This document shows, in pieces, positions 19,595-29,091 of a stretch of DNA of 64,000 nucleotides. The notes under the pieces were generated by a model. That model saw only the letters and a program-made list of their open reading frames with translations, had not been told where the DNA came from and did no database searches. Where the stretch lies: assembly GCA_044222475.1 (NCBI GenBank), contig JBGANF010000032.1, positions 1 through 64,000 of the forward strand, given 5' to 3'. Origin of the DNA: Polyangiaceae bacterium (GTDB lineage Bacteria; Myxococcota_A; Polyangia; Polyangiales; Polyangiaceae). The translations under genes and the position numbers were made by a program. Each line of letters starts with the position of its first letter. Positions within the stretch are counted from its first letter, which is position 1.

Positions 19595-21193
19595 ATGGCG
19601 GTTTGCCCGTGGTGCGCGGCGGAGCGAAAAGATCCGGCCGTACCATGTCCGGTGTGCGGCAAAGGCGGCGCCTCGGCGGCTCCGAGCGCGCGCGCGCCGG
19701 CTAGCGCGAGCACGAGCGCTCGGCCCGCGGGTGCGACCGTGAGCGCTCGGCCCGCGGCCGCGGCCGCTCCGGCGGCGTTCGACATCCCGGACCTGGTCGT
19801 CCCGGCCCCGGCCCCGTCCCGACCTCGGGTCTCGGCGCCGGCGCCTGCCAAGACGAGCGTCCCTCCGGTGCAACAGCCCTCGCTCGGGTCGGGGTTCGAC
19901 GACGACTTCTCGATGGGAGACGGAGGGGACCTCCAGCTCGATCTGGGGGGGCCCGCCGCACCCGTGGCCCCGGCGCGCATCGTGGCGCCGCCCGATGCGG
20001 GCGGCCTCGACCCGTTCGACGACTCCCTCGCCGACGACGGCGTGAAGCTCGACCTCGCCGACGTCCCGCCTCCACGCCAGTCGAGCGGCTCGCTCGCGCC
20101 GATCTCGCACCGGAGCCTCGGCCCTCCGTCGGGCGGTGCTCTCCCGAGCGCAGCCCCCTCGGGTCCCCTCCCGGTGGCGAGTGGCGACGTCGACCCCTTC
20201 GAGGCGCGCGCGCTCGCGGACTTCGGTCCGCCCCCCGAGGCCCCGTGGTCGGCGCCGCTCTATGCCATTCGCGTCACGCGGCGCCAGGGCGAGCTGCGCC
20301 GCGCGCTCGCCGAGCGGCGGGCCGAAGCGCACCGCGAGACCGCTCGCGCCGACGACGCGTTGATCGCGTTCGCCGAGCGCGTCCGCTCCATCGCCGAGCG
20401 GAACGGCTGGCGCGGGTTCGCCAACGTCAGCGCCGAGGAAGAGGTGCTCCGTGGTCGCGACGGCGGCCTCGCGACCGAGATGGACGCGCACCGCGCCGAG
20501 CTCGCTCGCGCCGACGGCGCGCTCGCGGAGGTCGAGACGTTTCTCGCGCAGGCGAAGGCAGGGGAGGCGATGGTCGGCGAGCACCTGGCCGCGGCCGAGG
20601 CGGGTCGCGCGCGCATTCAAGCGAAGATCAAGCGCATCGACATCGAGCTCCGCAACGCCGCTGCTCAGCCCGGCGCCGACCCGAACGCGGTGCATGCGCT
20701 GCTCGAGGCCCGCATGTCCGAGCGGCAGGCGCTCCTCGCCGAGATCGCCGCGCTCGAGCCGCAGTTCGCCGAGATCCAAGCGCGCCTCGCGACTGCGCGA
20801 CGCGACGTGGCCGCGGCGGCCGCTCGCGTGACCGTCGCGCAGGGCGACCGGCGCGAGGTCGAGGACCGATTCCGCCGGCAATCCGGGACGCGCAGCCAAG
20901 GCGTGGAAGAGTCCCGCGCGCGGGTTCGGGCCGCGTTGCTCGAAGCCGGGCGGCTCGCCGTCGCCGACGAAGGCGCGTTCGGCGCGGAGTTCGCCAGCGC
21001 GCGCTCCGAGGTCCGCGCCGCCGAGGAGCGACGACGCAAAGCGGAGCTCGCCGTGCGCGTCCACGAAGCGGCGCTCGTCAGCCACGATCCGAAGAAGGTC
21101 ACCCTCGGCTTCGTCCTCCTCGGCGCCGCGGTCGTCCTCGTGCTCGTGCTGTTGCTCTTCCCGTTCATCTACGGGGCGATCGTCAACTCCTGA
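19595..21193 (+). CDS. Hypothetical protein: Zn ribbon, low-complexity linker, coiled coil, C-terminal TM anchor
   Basis: CPWC...CPVC at the N-terminus, Pro/Asp-rich linker, long Ala/Glu/Arg heptad region, hydrophobic C-terminus. Confidence 0.75.
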   Translation: MAVCPWCAAERKDPAVPCPVCGKGGASAAPSARAPASASTSARPAGATVSARPAAAAAPAAFDIPDLVVPAPAPSRPRVSAPAPAKTSVPPVQQPSLGSGFDDDFSMGDGGDLQLDLGGPAAPVAPARIVAPPDAGGLDPFDDSLADDGVKLDLADVPPPRQSSGSLAPISHRSLGPPSGGALPSAAPSGPLPVASGDVDPFEARALADFGPPPEAPWSAPLYAIRVTRRQGELRRALAERRAEAHRETARADDALIAFAERVRSIAERNGWRGFANVSAEEEVLRGRDGGLATEMDAHRAELARADGALAEVETFLAQAKAGEAMVGEHLAAAEAGRARIQAKIKRIDIELRNAAAQPGADPNAVHALLEARMSERQALLAEIAALEPQFAEIQARLATARRDVAAAAARVTVAQGDRREVEDRFRRQSGTRSQGVEESRARVRAALLEAGRLAVADEGAFGAEFASARSEVRAAEERRRKAELAVRVHEAALVSHDPKKVTLGFVLLGAAVVLVLVLLLFPFIYGAIVNS

Positions 21194-21200
21194 CCCGGCG

Positions 21201-22352
21201 TCAGCGCTTGCGCCGCGAGGGCGGCGCCGTCGGCTTCGGCGGGGTCGACGGGCGGACGGGTGCCGGCGGCCGGCTCTCCTTCTCCGGACGGGGCGCGAGC
21301 GTGGGCTCGCGCGTGCCCATCTGAAGGCGCCGCATGACCGCGCGCTTCTGACGTTCCTTGTACTTTGCATGCGATGCCTCGCCCCGCTCGTTCGCGGACT
21401 CGGTCTCGCGGTCGATGATCTGGAACTCGCAGATGACGAAGACCACGGGCGCCAGCGGCCACGCCTGAGCGGGCGCGCGCTCGAGCACCTCGCGTGGGAG
21501 GCGGATCGGCATGTCGACGATGAAGTGGATGATCCGGTAGTTGTCGGCGCTGAAGCGGTTGTCGCTCGGGGTGAGGTCGTCGTCCTTGCGTCCCTGGAGC
21601 TTCGGGAGCATGTCGACGAGGTGCGGATGTGCCTCGCAGTAGCGCCGGAAGTGGAACATCGAGTTGATGCTCTGCGACGGGATCACGTAGTTGAACGGGA
21701 ACAGTTGGGTCGTCAGGTACTGGAGTACCGGAAAGATGTCCTCGTAGCTCCGCGTGACGATGCGGAAGCGGAGCTTGTCGTAGATCTGCGCCGCCACCGT
21801 CTCCTGCTTGGAGAGGAGCTTGGTGTAGAGCGAGTCCTTGTTCTTGCGCCCGCCGACGAACTCGAGGATCGGGAAGCCGTGCGCCAGCATCCCACCGATG
21901 ACGCGGTAGACCTTCTCCTCCACCATGTGGAAGACCTCTTGGTCGGAGAGGGGCAGCATGAAGAGGAGCTCGCGACCTTCGAGGTGATGGATGATGTGCA
22001 TGCACTTCAGGATCGTGCAGGCGCATGTCTGCCGGTGGCCGCGCGTGGACGCGAGGAGCATCAGCTCTTCGATCGTCGCGTTCTCGACCGGTTTCGGGAT
22101 CGGAAACTCGAAGTGACGTCGCAGGTAGCCGATGGCCTCGCCCTTGATGGCGTTCATCCGCTTGCGGTCGGCGGGCTCGTCGGGGTGGAACTCCTGGGCG
22201 TGGAGGAACTCGTGGATCTGACCGACGTCGTCGAAGTCGAGGCGGTGCCAGTCGATCACCGACTCGCCTTTGAGGAGCAGGCGCATCGCGGCGAGATCCA
22301 TCAGCGTGAAATCGCGGATGGCCTTCAAGCGTTCGCGGATGGGGGCTGCCAT
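21201..22352 (-). CDS. TIGR04552 family protein (RelA/SpoT-like nucleotidyltransferase fold)
   Basis: SVIDWHRL, RKNKDSLYTKLLSK, IYDKLRFRIVT, CEFQIID, NERGEASHAKYKERQ. Confidence 0.85.
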   Translation of the reverse strand: MAAPIRERLKAIRDFTLMDLAAMRLLLKGESVIDWHRLDFDDVGQIHEFLHAQEFHPDEPADRKRMNAIKGEAIGYLRRHFEFPIPKPVENATIEELMLLASTRGHRQTCACTILKCMHIIHHLEGRELLFMLPLSDQEVFHMVEEKVYRVIGGMLAHGFPILEFVGGRKNKDSLYTKLLSKQETVAAQIYDKLRFRIVTRSYEDIFPVLQYLTTQLFPFNYVIPSQSINSMFHFRRYCEAHPHLVDMLPKLQGRKDDDLTPSDNRFSADNYRIIHFIVDMPIRLPREVLERAPAQAWPLAPVVFVICEFQIIDRETESANERGEASHAKYKERQKRAVMRRLQMGTREPTLAPRPEKESRPPAPVRPSTPPKPTAPPSRRKR

Positions 22353-22396
22353 GTCGGAGCGCACCGATATAGCAGAGCGACACGAGGAGCGGGGCG

Positions 22397-23290
22397 ATGG
22401 TGAAGCGAGCGCCACGCCAGCCCAGTGAGCGGCTCGCCGCGGCGCTCGAGCGCGTGCGCGACCGGACCGACGTCGGCGCGCGCCGCGCCGCCGACCCGGT
22501 GTCGTTCGTCCACCGGTTCACGCGGGACGTCGACCAGGAGCTGGTGGCGCTCCTCGCGGCCGCGATCGCGTTCGGCAACGTCGTCTCGATCCGGCGCAGC
22601 ATCGAGGACGCGCTGCGGAGACTCGGGGGTGCGCCCTCCGACGCGATCGTCGATCTGGAGACGACCCAGCGACGGCTCCATGGGTTCGTTCATCGGCTCC
22701 TGCGCGGCGACGACGTCGCGAGGCTCCTCTTCGGAGCGCGCACCGTGCAGCGGGCGCACGGAACCATGGGACGCTTCTTCGAGAAGACGTTCGCCGAGAA
22801 CGGAGACCTGCGCGAATCGCTGGCGATCCTCTGCGATCGAATCCGCGAGCACGGCGGTCTCGTCCGCAGCCCGACCGGCCGGCGCGGTCCCTCCCACGTG
22901 CTCCCGGATCCCCGCGGTCCGAGCGCGAACAAGCGGTTGATGCTCTTCCTGCGCTGGATGATTCGCCCGGCCGACGGCGTGGACTTGGGGCTGTGGCACG
23001 TACCGGCCTCGGCGTTGGTGATCCCGCTGGACACCCACATCCAGAAGCTCTCGCGCAACCTCGGGCTCACCGATCGCCGCGACGCGAGCTTTCGCACCGC
23101 GGAGGAGGTCACGCGCGGGCTCGCTGCGATCGACGCTGCCGACCCGGTGAAGTACGACTTCGCGCTCTGCCACCTCGGGATGTTGAAGCGCTGTCCCTCG
23201 CGTCGCGACAGGGCACGTTGTCTCGGGTGCCCGGTCAAACCGGTATGCCGCCACTGGCGTGTCGCCACGCGCCAACCGCGCGTTCGCTGA
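22397..23290 (+). CDS. TIGR02757 / DUF2400 family protein
   Basis: DPVSFVHRF, SANKRLMLFLRWMIR, DLGLW, IPLDTHI, DPVKYDFALCHLG, C-terminal Cys cluster. Confidence 0.9.
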   Translation: MVKRAPRQPSERLAAALERVRDRTDVGARRAADPVSFVHRFTRDVDQELVALLAAAIAFGNVVSIRRSIEDALRRLGGAPSDAIVDLETTQRRLHGFVHRLLRGDDVARLLFGARTVQRAHGTMGRFFEKTFAENGDLRESLAILCDRIREHGGLVRSPTGRRGPSHVLPDPRGPSANKRLMLFLRWMIRPADGVDLGLWHVPASALVIPLDTHIQKLSRNLGLTDRRDASFRTAEEVTRGLAAIDAADPVKYDFALCHLGMLKRCPSRRDRARCLGCPVKPVCRHWRVATRQPRVR

Positions 23291-23330
23291 AGGGCCGGTA
23301 CGGTCCCATTCTTGCTAACGTCCGCGGTCG

Positions 23331-24602
23331 ATGAGAACCCACGTCCTCCTCCTTGGCTCGGCGCTGGTGCTCGCCGCGACTCAGGCTCGCGCCGACACGA
23401 CCATCACCGTCGACGGCGCGGTCACGAGCGCGCGCGACCACGGCTTCGATCGTCTCCTCGCGGACGCCGCGCAGGTGCGGGTCGAGGGCGACGGTCGCGC
23501 TGGTGCTCAGCTCCCCAATCCGGCGCTCACGTTCGAAGGCGGTCCCCTCCTCAACTATCGGCCGTGCGCCGGATGTTTGCGCGTGCAGCTCGGCGCCGCG
23601 CTCTCCGACTCCGGTCTCGTGTTCGAGCTCCTCTCGGGTAGACACGGCGCGAAGGCCGACGCGGCGCTCGCCGCCGTCGACGCCGCCTCGGCCGATCGAG
23701 CGACCACGCGCCGCACGCTCGAGGCGCTGGTTCGCGAGGCGTGCGTCCGCCTCGCCGTCGCCGAGGTCCTCCTTCGCGCGGCAGACGAGCAACGCGCGTC
23801 GCTCGCCAAGTCGCTCGACGCGCAGCGGCTTCGTGCTCCGCAGGTGATGGACGAGGGGGCGCTGGCGCGCTTCGAGCTCCAGAAGGCAGCGGCCGATCGC
23901 GCCGTGCTCGAGCGCACTGCCGGCCTTCGATCGGCTCGAGCGGCGCTCGCGTTCCTCCTCGGCGATCGCGGCGTGGCCCCGGAGTACCGTGTGGACGAAG
24001 CGATCCTGGACACGCCCGTGCCGGCCGAGCTCGCGGCCCTCGACGAGCGCGCAGGTGCGTCGCAGGCCGCTGGTCGCTCGGAGATCGTCGCCGCGGACGC
24101 GCTCACGCGCGCCGCGGGCGCGAACGCCGACGCCGCGCGCGCGGCCCGCGTGCCGAACGTGGTGCTCGGGATCTGGGTCCAAGGGCAGGGCATCGCGTAC
24201 CCGGCGAACACCCCGCTGTCCGTCGGCGGCTCGGTCCTCGTCGAGCTTCCCCTCTTCGATCAGAAGCAGGGCTTGGTGCGGACGGCCGACGCGATCACCG
24301 TCAGCCAGCGAATCGAGGGAGGGCGCGCCCGTGCCGCGGTGACGTGGGACGTCGCGTCCGCGGTCGTCGCCCTGCGGGCCGCGCGCGACGTCGAGGCCAG
24401 CGCTCGCACCTCCGAGACCTCGGCGCAGACGGCCCTCGCCGTCGTCGTGCGCCAGTTCGACGCCGGCGCGGTGCCCATCGTCGATCGACTCGACGCCGAA
24501 CGCACCTTCGCCGCCGCGCGAAGCGCTCGCGCCGAAGCATCGGGCGACGTCCAGATCGCCGTCATCGAGCTCGGTCGCGCGCTCGGCAAGGAGGCTCGAT
24601 GA
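23331..24602 (+). CDS. TolC family outer membrane efflux protein
   Basis: Signal peptide, QLPNPAL, VELPLFDQKQG, QFDAGAVPIVDRLDAER. Confidence 0.85.
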   Translation: MRTHVLLLGSALVLAATQARADTTITVDGAVTSARDHGFDRLLADAAQVRVEGDGRAGAQLPNPALTFEGGPLLNYRPCAGCLRVQLGAALSDSGLVFELLSGRHGAKADAALAAVDAASADRATTRRTLEALVREACVRLAVAEVLLRAADEQRASLAKSLDAQRLRAPQVMDEGALARFELQKAAADRAVLERTAGLRSARAALAFLLGDRGVAPEYRVDEAILDTPVPAELAALDERAGASQAAGRSEIVAADALTRAAGANADAARAARVPNVVLGIWVQGQGIAYPANTPLSVGGSVLVELPLFDQKQGLVRTADAITVSQRIEGGRARAAVTWDVASAVVALRAARDVEASARTSETSAQTALAVVVRQFDAGAVPIVDRLDAERTFAAARSARAEASGDVQIAVIELGRALGKEAR

Positions 24603-25921
24603 GCACGCTCCGTCGTTGGGTCGCCGCCGTGGTCGGCGCTGCCGCGCTCGCGATCGGCGGGCCTGCGCTCGCGGAGGAGCAAGCGCCTCCGTCGCTCCCG
24701 AAGGTGCTCTCCATGGAGGAGACGCTGCGGCTCGTCCACGGGCGGAGCTTCGATCTTCTCTTGGCCGATGCCGCCATCGTTCACGCCGAGGGCGACGTGC
24801 TCGCCGCGGGGGCGGTCGCCAACCCGTCGCTCTACGTCGCGGCGGGACCGTCGATCAACTACGCGCCCCCGGCCAACTGCGTCGGCTGCGATCGCTACTC
24901 GCTCGCGGTCGGCCTGACCGACAACGGCTCGCTCGTCGACGTGCTCAGCGGGAAGCGCGGGCTTCGCCGCAGCGTCGCCGAGGCGCTCCTCGCTGCCGCG
25001 CGACTCGAGCGCATCGACGCGAGCCGCGTCGTCGACGGCCAGACGAAGGAGGCCTACGTCGCGGTGGTCGTCGCTCGCGCCGAGCTCGACTTCACGCGGG
25101 AGGTTCAAGACAGCGTCGCGCAGACCCTCGAGCTCAACAAACGCCGCTACCCCGCGGTCATCAACGAGGGCGAGCTCGCTCGCACGGAGCTCCAGAAGGC
25201 GAGCGCGGATCAAGCCGTCCTCCGCGCGACCGCTGCGCTGCGGCAGGCGCAGCTCGCGCTCGGGTTCCTCCTCGGCGCGCGCGAGGTCGTCCCCGACTTC
25301 GAGGTCGACAAGAAGTGGCTCAAGGCTCAGGTGCCGCAAGACCTCGCGACCGCGACGGAGGCGTCGCTCTACGCCCGAGCGCTCACGACCCGCGCCGACG
25401 TGAAGGCGAACGGGCTCCACCGCGAGGCGGCCGACGAGGCGCTGCGCCTCGCGCGGCGCGGCCGCTTCCCCGACGTCGCGCTCTCACTCAACTATTCCCA
25501 ATTTGGTACCGGTACCGACGCCGCCCAACCGCCGACGCTGCTCTTCGGGCTGACGCTGACCCTGCCGGTGGTCTATCAGCAACAGGGGGAGGTTCGTCGC
25601 GCCGCTGGCGACGTCGACACGCAGCGCGTCACGGGCGATCGGATCTCGGCGCAGATCGCCAACGAGGTGAGCGACGCGTTCGCCTCGTTCCGTACCGCAC
25701 GAGACGAGGTCGCGCAGTTCGAGACGCTCGCGCTCGACCGCGCCAAGCGCGCTCGCGACGTCGTCGAGATGCAGTACAAGGCCGGCAGCGCGCCGCTGAT
25801 GGACTACCTCGACGCGGAGCGCACCTACATCTCGACCAACGTCCAGTACCTGGAGGCGATCGAGCGATTCTGGGCCTCCGTCTTCAAGCTCGAGCGCGCG
25901 CTCGGAGCGGAGCTCCGATGA
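24599..25921 (+). CDS. TolC family outer membrane efflux protein (CzcC-like)
   Basis: ATGA overlap, signal peptide, LTLPVVYQQQGE, QYKAGSAPLMDYLDAERTY. Confidence 0.9.
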   Translation: MSTLRRWVAAVVGAAALAIGGPALAEEQAPPSLPKVLSMEETLRLVHGRSFDLLLADAAIVHAEGDVLAAGAVANPSLYVAAGPSINYAPPANCVGCDRYSLAVGLTDNGSLVDVLSGKRGLRRSVAEALLAAARLERIDASRVVDGQTKEAYVAVVVARAELDFTREVQDSVAQTLELNKRRYPAVINEGELARTELQKASADQAVLRATAALRQAQLALGFLLGAREVVPDFEVDKKWLKAQVPQDLATATEASLYARALTTRADVKANGLHREAADEALRLARRGRFPDVALSLNYSQFGTGTDAAQPPTLLFGLTLTLPVVYQQQGEVRRAAGDVDTQRVTGDRISAQIANEVSDAFASFRTARDEVAQFETLALDRAKRARDVVEMQYKAGSAPLMDYLDAERTYISTNVQYLEAIERFWASVFKLERALGAELR

Positions 25922-26742
25922 AGCTCGCGCTCCCCGTGGCGCTCGCGCTCGCGTTCTCGCTCGTCGCCGCCAGCACGCGCGCCGACGACGCCGGTGACGC
26001 TGGCGTCGATGCTGCAGCCGATGCGTCCGTCCCCGAGGGCATCCGCGAGACGACCGCGCCCGACAACTTCGGTTGCAGCGCCGCGCCCGGCGGGACCGCC
26101 GGGTTCTCCGTCGTCGCGGTGCTCGGCGTCGCCGCCGTCCTCGTCGGCCGCCGTCGCCGGGCGCTCGCGCTCGCCGCGGTCGCGTCGGTCGGGACGATCG
26201 CGTCGACCGCGTCGACCGCTCGCGCGGACGACGATTTGAAGGCGGTGCGCGCCGAGCCGGAGCCGGTCCGCCGGGTCACCGTCTCGGTGGCTCCGCTCGG
26301 ACCGCTCGTCGCGCGTTGGGGGGGCGCGGTCGAGATCCTCGTCGCTTCCCACCACGCGCTCGGCGTCTCCGGGGCGTACGTGCACGCGCACACGAACGAG
26401 GACACGAACAACCTCTTCCGGGGCGGCGTCTTCGAGCTCGGCTATCGCTACTACGTCGGCGACGGCGGCGCTCGCGGGTTCTTCGTCGGCCCGTCGTTCC
26501 TCTTCGGCCGCCTCGAGGCGATCCCGGAGCGAGGCGACTCGATCCCGTTCTTCCAGCTCGGCGGTGCGCTCGACGCGGGGTTCTCCGCCCTCGTGGCCGA
26601 CCGCGTCCTGTTCGCGCTCGGGGCGGGCGTCCAGTACACCGCGCCGACGGAGTCGTTCCCGGCGCAAGAGCTGCCCGCGTCGGTCTACGCTCGGCCGGGC
26701 GTTCGGCCTCGGTTGCTGCTCGCGCTGGGCGTCGCGTTCTGA
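25918..26742 (+). CDS. Signal peptide, short acidic peptide, MYXO-CTERM, second signal peptide and small outer-membrane beta-barrel
   Basis: MKLALP...TRA; FGCSAAPGG...VLVGRRRR; ALALAAVASVGTIASTASTARA; amphipathic strands (FELGYRYY, GFFVGPS) ending LLLALGVAF. Confidence 0.75.
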   Translation: MKLALPVALALAFSLVAASTRADDAGDAGVDAAADASVPEGIRETTAPDNFGCSAAPGGTAGFSVVAVLGVAAVLVGRRRRALALAAVASVGTIASTASTARADDDLKAVRAEPEPVRRVTVSVAPLGPLVARWGGAVEILVASHHALGVSGAYVHAHTNEDTNNLFRGGVFELGYRYYVGDGGARGFFVGPSFLFGRLEAIPERGDSIPFFQLGGALDAGFSALVADRVLFALGAGVQYTAPTESFPAQELPASVYARPGVRPRLLLALGVAF

Positions 26743-26792
26743 GGCCACCTTGTCTCCCGGGCGCGGACGTGCGACCGTGATCGTCCCGCGAG

Positions 26793-27908
26793 ATGGCGTC
26801 CGAGAAGAAAGAGTTCGCGCTCGATGCCGTTCGCACCGATGGCTGGTTCGAGCGCATCGGCGAGGGCATCGGGAGCTTCCAAGCGCTCTGCGAGATCGTC
26901 GGCGAGCGGTTCTTCGCGTTCTCGATCGTCGTCGGCGCTCGCATCACCGCGCTCACGGTCGATCGTCGATCCCCTGACCAAACGCTGGTCGATTTCGTCG
27001 TCGGCGTGACCGACGGCGACTCGGACCTGGAGCCGCAGCGACTCTCGCTGGCCGATTTCCGACGTCGCCTCGTCGGCGCGCTGCTCGTCGAAGAGGATCG
27101 CGACCCGCCGGCTCCCACGCGAGAGACCGACACCGAGGCGATCCAGCTCTTCATCGGCGTGCGCTACCTCCTGCTCGCGCCGCTCTACGGGTACTCGCTC
27201 AAGAACCTCGTGATCGACGGCGACGAGTCGGTCGTTCACCTGTCCCGAGATGGGATGGAAGAGGAGTACGACCTCGAGGCGTTCCGCATGCGCATCCGCG
27301 CCCACGTGCGCGAAGAGCTCGAGCGGGCGAGCTCGGGGCAGCGAAGCGCGATCGATCTCTCCAAGGTCGCCGAGGCCGAGGCCGCCGCGCTGCGCGGCGA
27401 GTGGAGCAAGGTCGTCCAGCTCCTGGGCGCGTGGCCGGCGCCCCTCGCGATCTTCCTCCGCACGCCGGAGGGGCAGTCGCTCGCGTCCGACGCGCGCGGG
27501 TTGATCTCCAAGGGGCTGGGCTTGCTCGGGTCGGCGTGCGTTCACCTCGGCGAGGTCGAGCAGGCCGAGGAGGTCTTCCGCATCGGGATCCAGTACGCGC
27601 AGGAAGGGCTCGCTGCGGCGGACCTCTTCCGGCGTCTGGGTGAGGCGCTGCTGAAGAGTGAGCGGCCGGGCGAAGCGATCGGCCCCCTGCGGCGAGCGCT
27701 CGCGTTCGGAGGAGCGCCGGTGGACGTGCTCCCGCTGTTGGGTCGGGCGTTCTTGCTCCGTGGGCGTTACGTGGCGGCTCACGCCTGCTACCGAGATGCG
27801 ATCGAGGCCGGGGCCCCGGAGCGCGAGTTCGGGACCGAGCTGAGAGAAGTCGAGTCGAAGCTCGGACCGGCGCTGACGGCGTGGAAAGCCGCTCGTTTGG
27901 GAGCTTGA
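26793..27908 (+). CDS. Hypothetical protein with C-terminal TPRs
   Basis: 371 aa; TPR-like LGEVEQAEEVFRIG, LGEALL...EAIGPLRRAL. Confidence 0.8.
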   Translation: MASEKKEFALDAVRTDGWFERIGEGIGSFQALCEIVGERFFAFSIVVGARITALTVDRRSPDQTLVDFVVGVTDGDSDLEPQRLSLADFRRRLVGALLVEEDRDPPAPTRETDTEAIQLFIGVRYLLLAPLYGYSLKNLVIDGDESVVHLSRDGMEEEYDLEAFRMRIRAHVREELERASSGQRSAIDLSKVAEAEAAALRGEWSKVVQLLGAWPAPLAIFLRTPEGQSLASDARGLISKGLGLLGSACVHLGEVEQAEEVFRIGIQYAQEGLAAADLFRRLGEALLKSERPGEAIGPLRRALAFGGAPVDVLPLLGRAFLLRGRYVAAHACYRDAIEAGAPEREFGTELREVESKLGPALTAWKAARLGA

Positions 27909-27919
27909 GACGCTCGCTC

Positions 27920-28020
27920 AAAAAGACGAATTCGGGGGAACGTGGAACAGGAATGGGAATGGGAACGGCGCCTCCATTCCCATTCCCATTCCCGTTCCAC
28001 ATTCCTTCATTCGTCTTTTT
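27920..28020. repeat. About 100-bp imperfect inverted repeat built of GGGAAT/ATTCCC hexamers
   Basis: aaaaagacgaa...gtggaacaggaatgggaatgggaa / ttcccattcccattcccgttccac...ttcgtcttttt. Confidence 0.85.
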
Positions 28021-28153
28021 CCGCCCCGGAGCGCCCGTCCAGTACCGTTGACAGGTCTTGACCTAGCGAGTACTCACCCCCACACGCATCGGAAGGTGCA
28101 AACTCTGCGCTTTTGCAGGGTTACACCGTGTCCTTTGCCCTACGCGCCTCCCC

Positions 28154-28519
28154 ATGATCATCGGAACCTACGCGCCCGTCTTCATGATCGTCGCCGTGGC
28201 GACGAGTCTCGCGCTCGTCTTCTTCCTCGGACACACGTTCCTCGGCAAGAAGGCGAAGTTCAGCCAAGAGCGCATGCAGCCCTACGAGTCCGGCTCGGAG
28301 AGCTCGGGCGCGAACCACGTCAAGCTGAGCGTCAAGTTCTACCTGACCGCGATCCTCTTCGTCGTCTTCGACATCGAGGTCGTCTTCATCTACCCGTGGG
28401 CGATTCAGTTTCGTGAGCTCGGGTGGACCGGAATGGGAACGATGTTCGGCTTCCTCGCCGTGATCATCGTCGCCCTCGTCTACGTGTGGAAGAAAGGAGC
28501 TCTCGAATGGGAGAGCTGA
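28154..28519 (+). CDS. nuoA: NADH-quinone oxidoreductase subunit A
   Basis: PYESG, FYLTAILFVVFDIEVVFIYPWA, WKKGALEW. Confidence 0.96.
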   Translation: MIIGTYAPVFMIVAVATSLALVFFLGHTFLGKKAKFSQERMQPYESGSESSGANHVKLSVKFYLTAILFVVFDIEVVFIYPWAIQFRELGWTGMGTMFGFLAVIIVALVYVWKKGALEWES

Positions 28520-29091
28520 ACCGCAAGGTCACCCTCGAGGGCAGCGAGGCGGGTTTCGCCACGACGAAGCTCGACGCGCTCCTCGGCTGGGCGCGCAAGT
28601 ACTCGCTCTTCAACTACCCGTTCGTCACCGCGTGCTGCGGGATGGAGTTCATGGCGGTGTCGAGCCCGCGCTACGACTTCGCGCGCTTCGGCGCGGAAGC
28701 TCCGCGCTTCTCTCCCCGCCAGAGCGATCTCCTCTGGGTCGTCGGTACGATCAGCCAGCGCCAGGCGCCGGTGCTCCGCCGCATCTACGAGCAGATGATG
28801 GCGCCGCGCTGGGTCATGGCCTTCGGCACCTGCGCGAGCTGCGGCGGCTTCTACGACAACTACACGACCGTCCCCGGCATCGACAAAATCATCCCGACCG
28901 ACATCTACGTGCCCGGTTGTCCGCCCCGCCCCGAGGCCGTGTTCGACGGGCTACTCCTCATCCAGGACAAGATCGCGAGCGGCGATCGCACGCCGGCGGT
29001 CGTCAAGCCGCGCATGGATCCGGCGACCGATCTCGTGAAGCTCCGCCTCAAGGAGAAGCAAGCTCGCGAAGAGGGCGAGGGGACGCCGTGA
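28507..29091 (+). CDS. nuoB: NADH-quinone oxidoreductase subunit B
   Basis: TACCGMEF, RFSPRQSD, GTCAS, YVPGCPPRPE. Confidence 0.96.
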   Translation: MGELNRKVTLEGSEAGFATTKLDALLGWARKYSLFNYPFVTACCGMEFMAVSSPRYDFARFGAEAPRFSPRQSDLLWVVGTISQRQAPVLRRIYEQMMAPRWVMAFGTCASCGGFYDNYTTVPGIDKIIPTDIYVPGCPPRPEAVFDGLLLIQDKIASGDRTPAVVKPRMDPATDLVKLRLKEKQAREEGEGTP

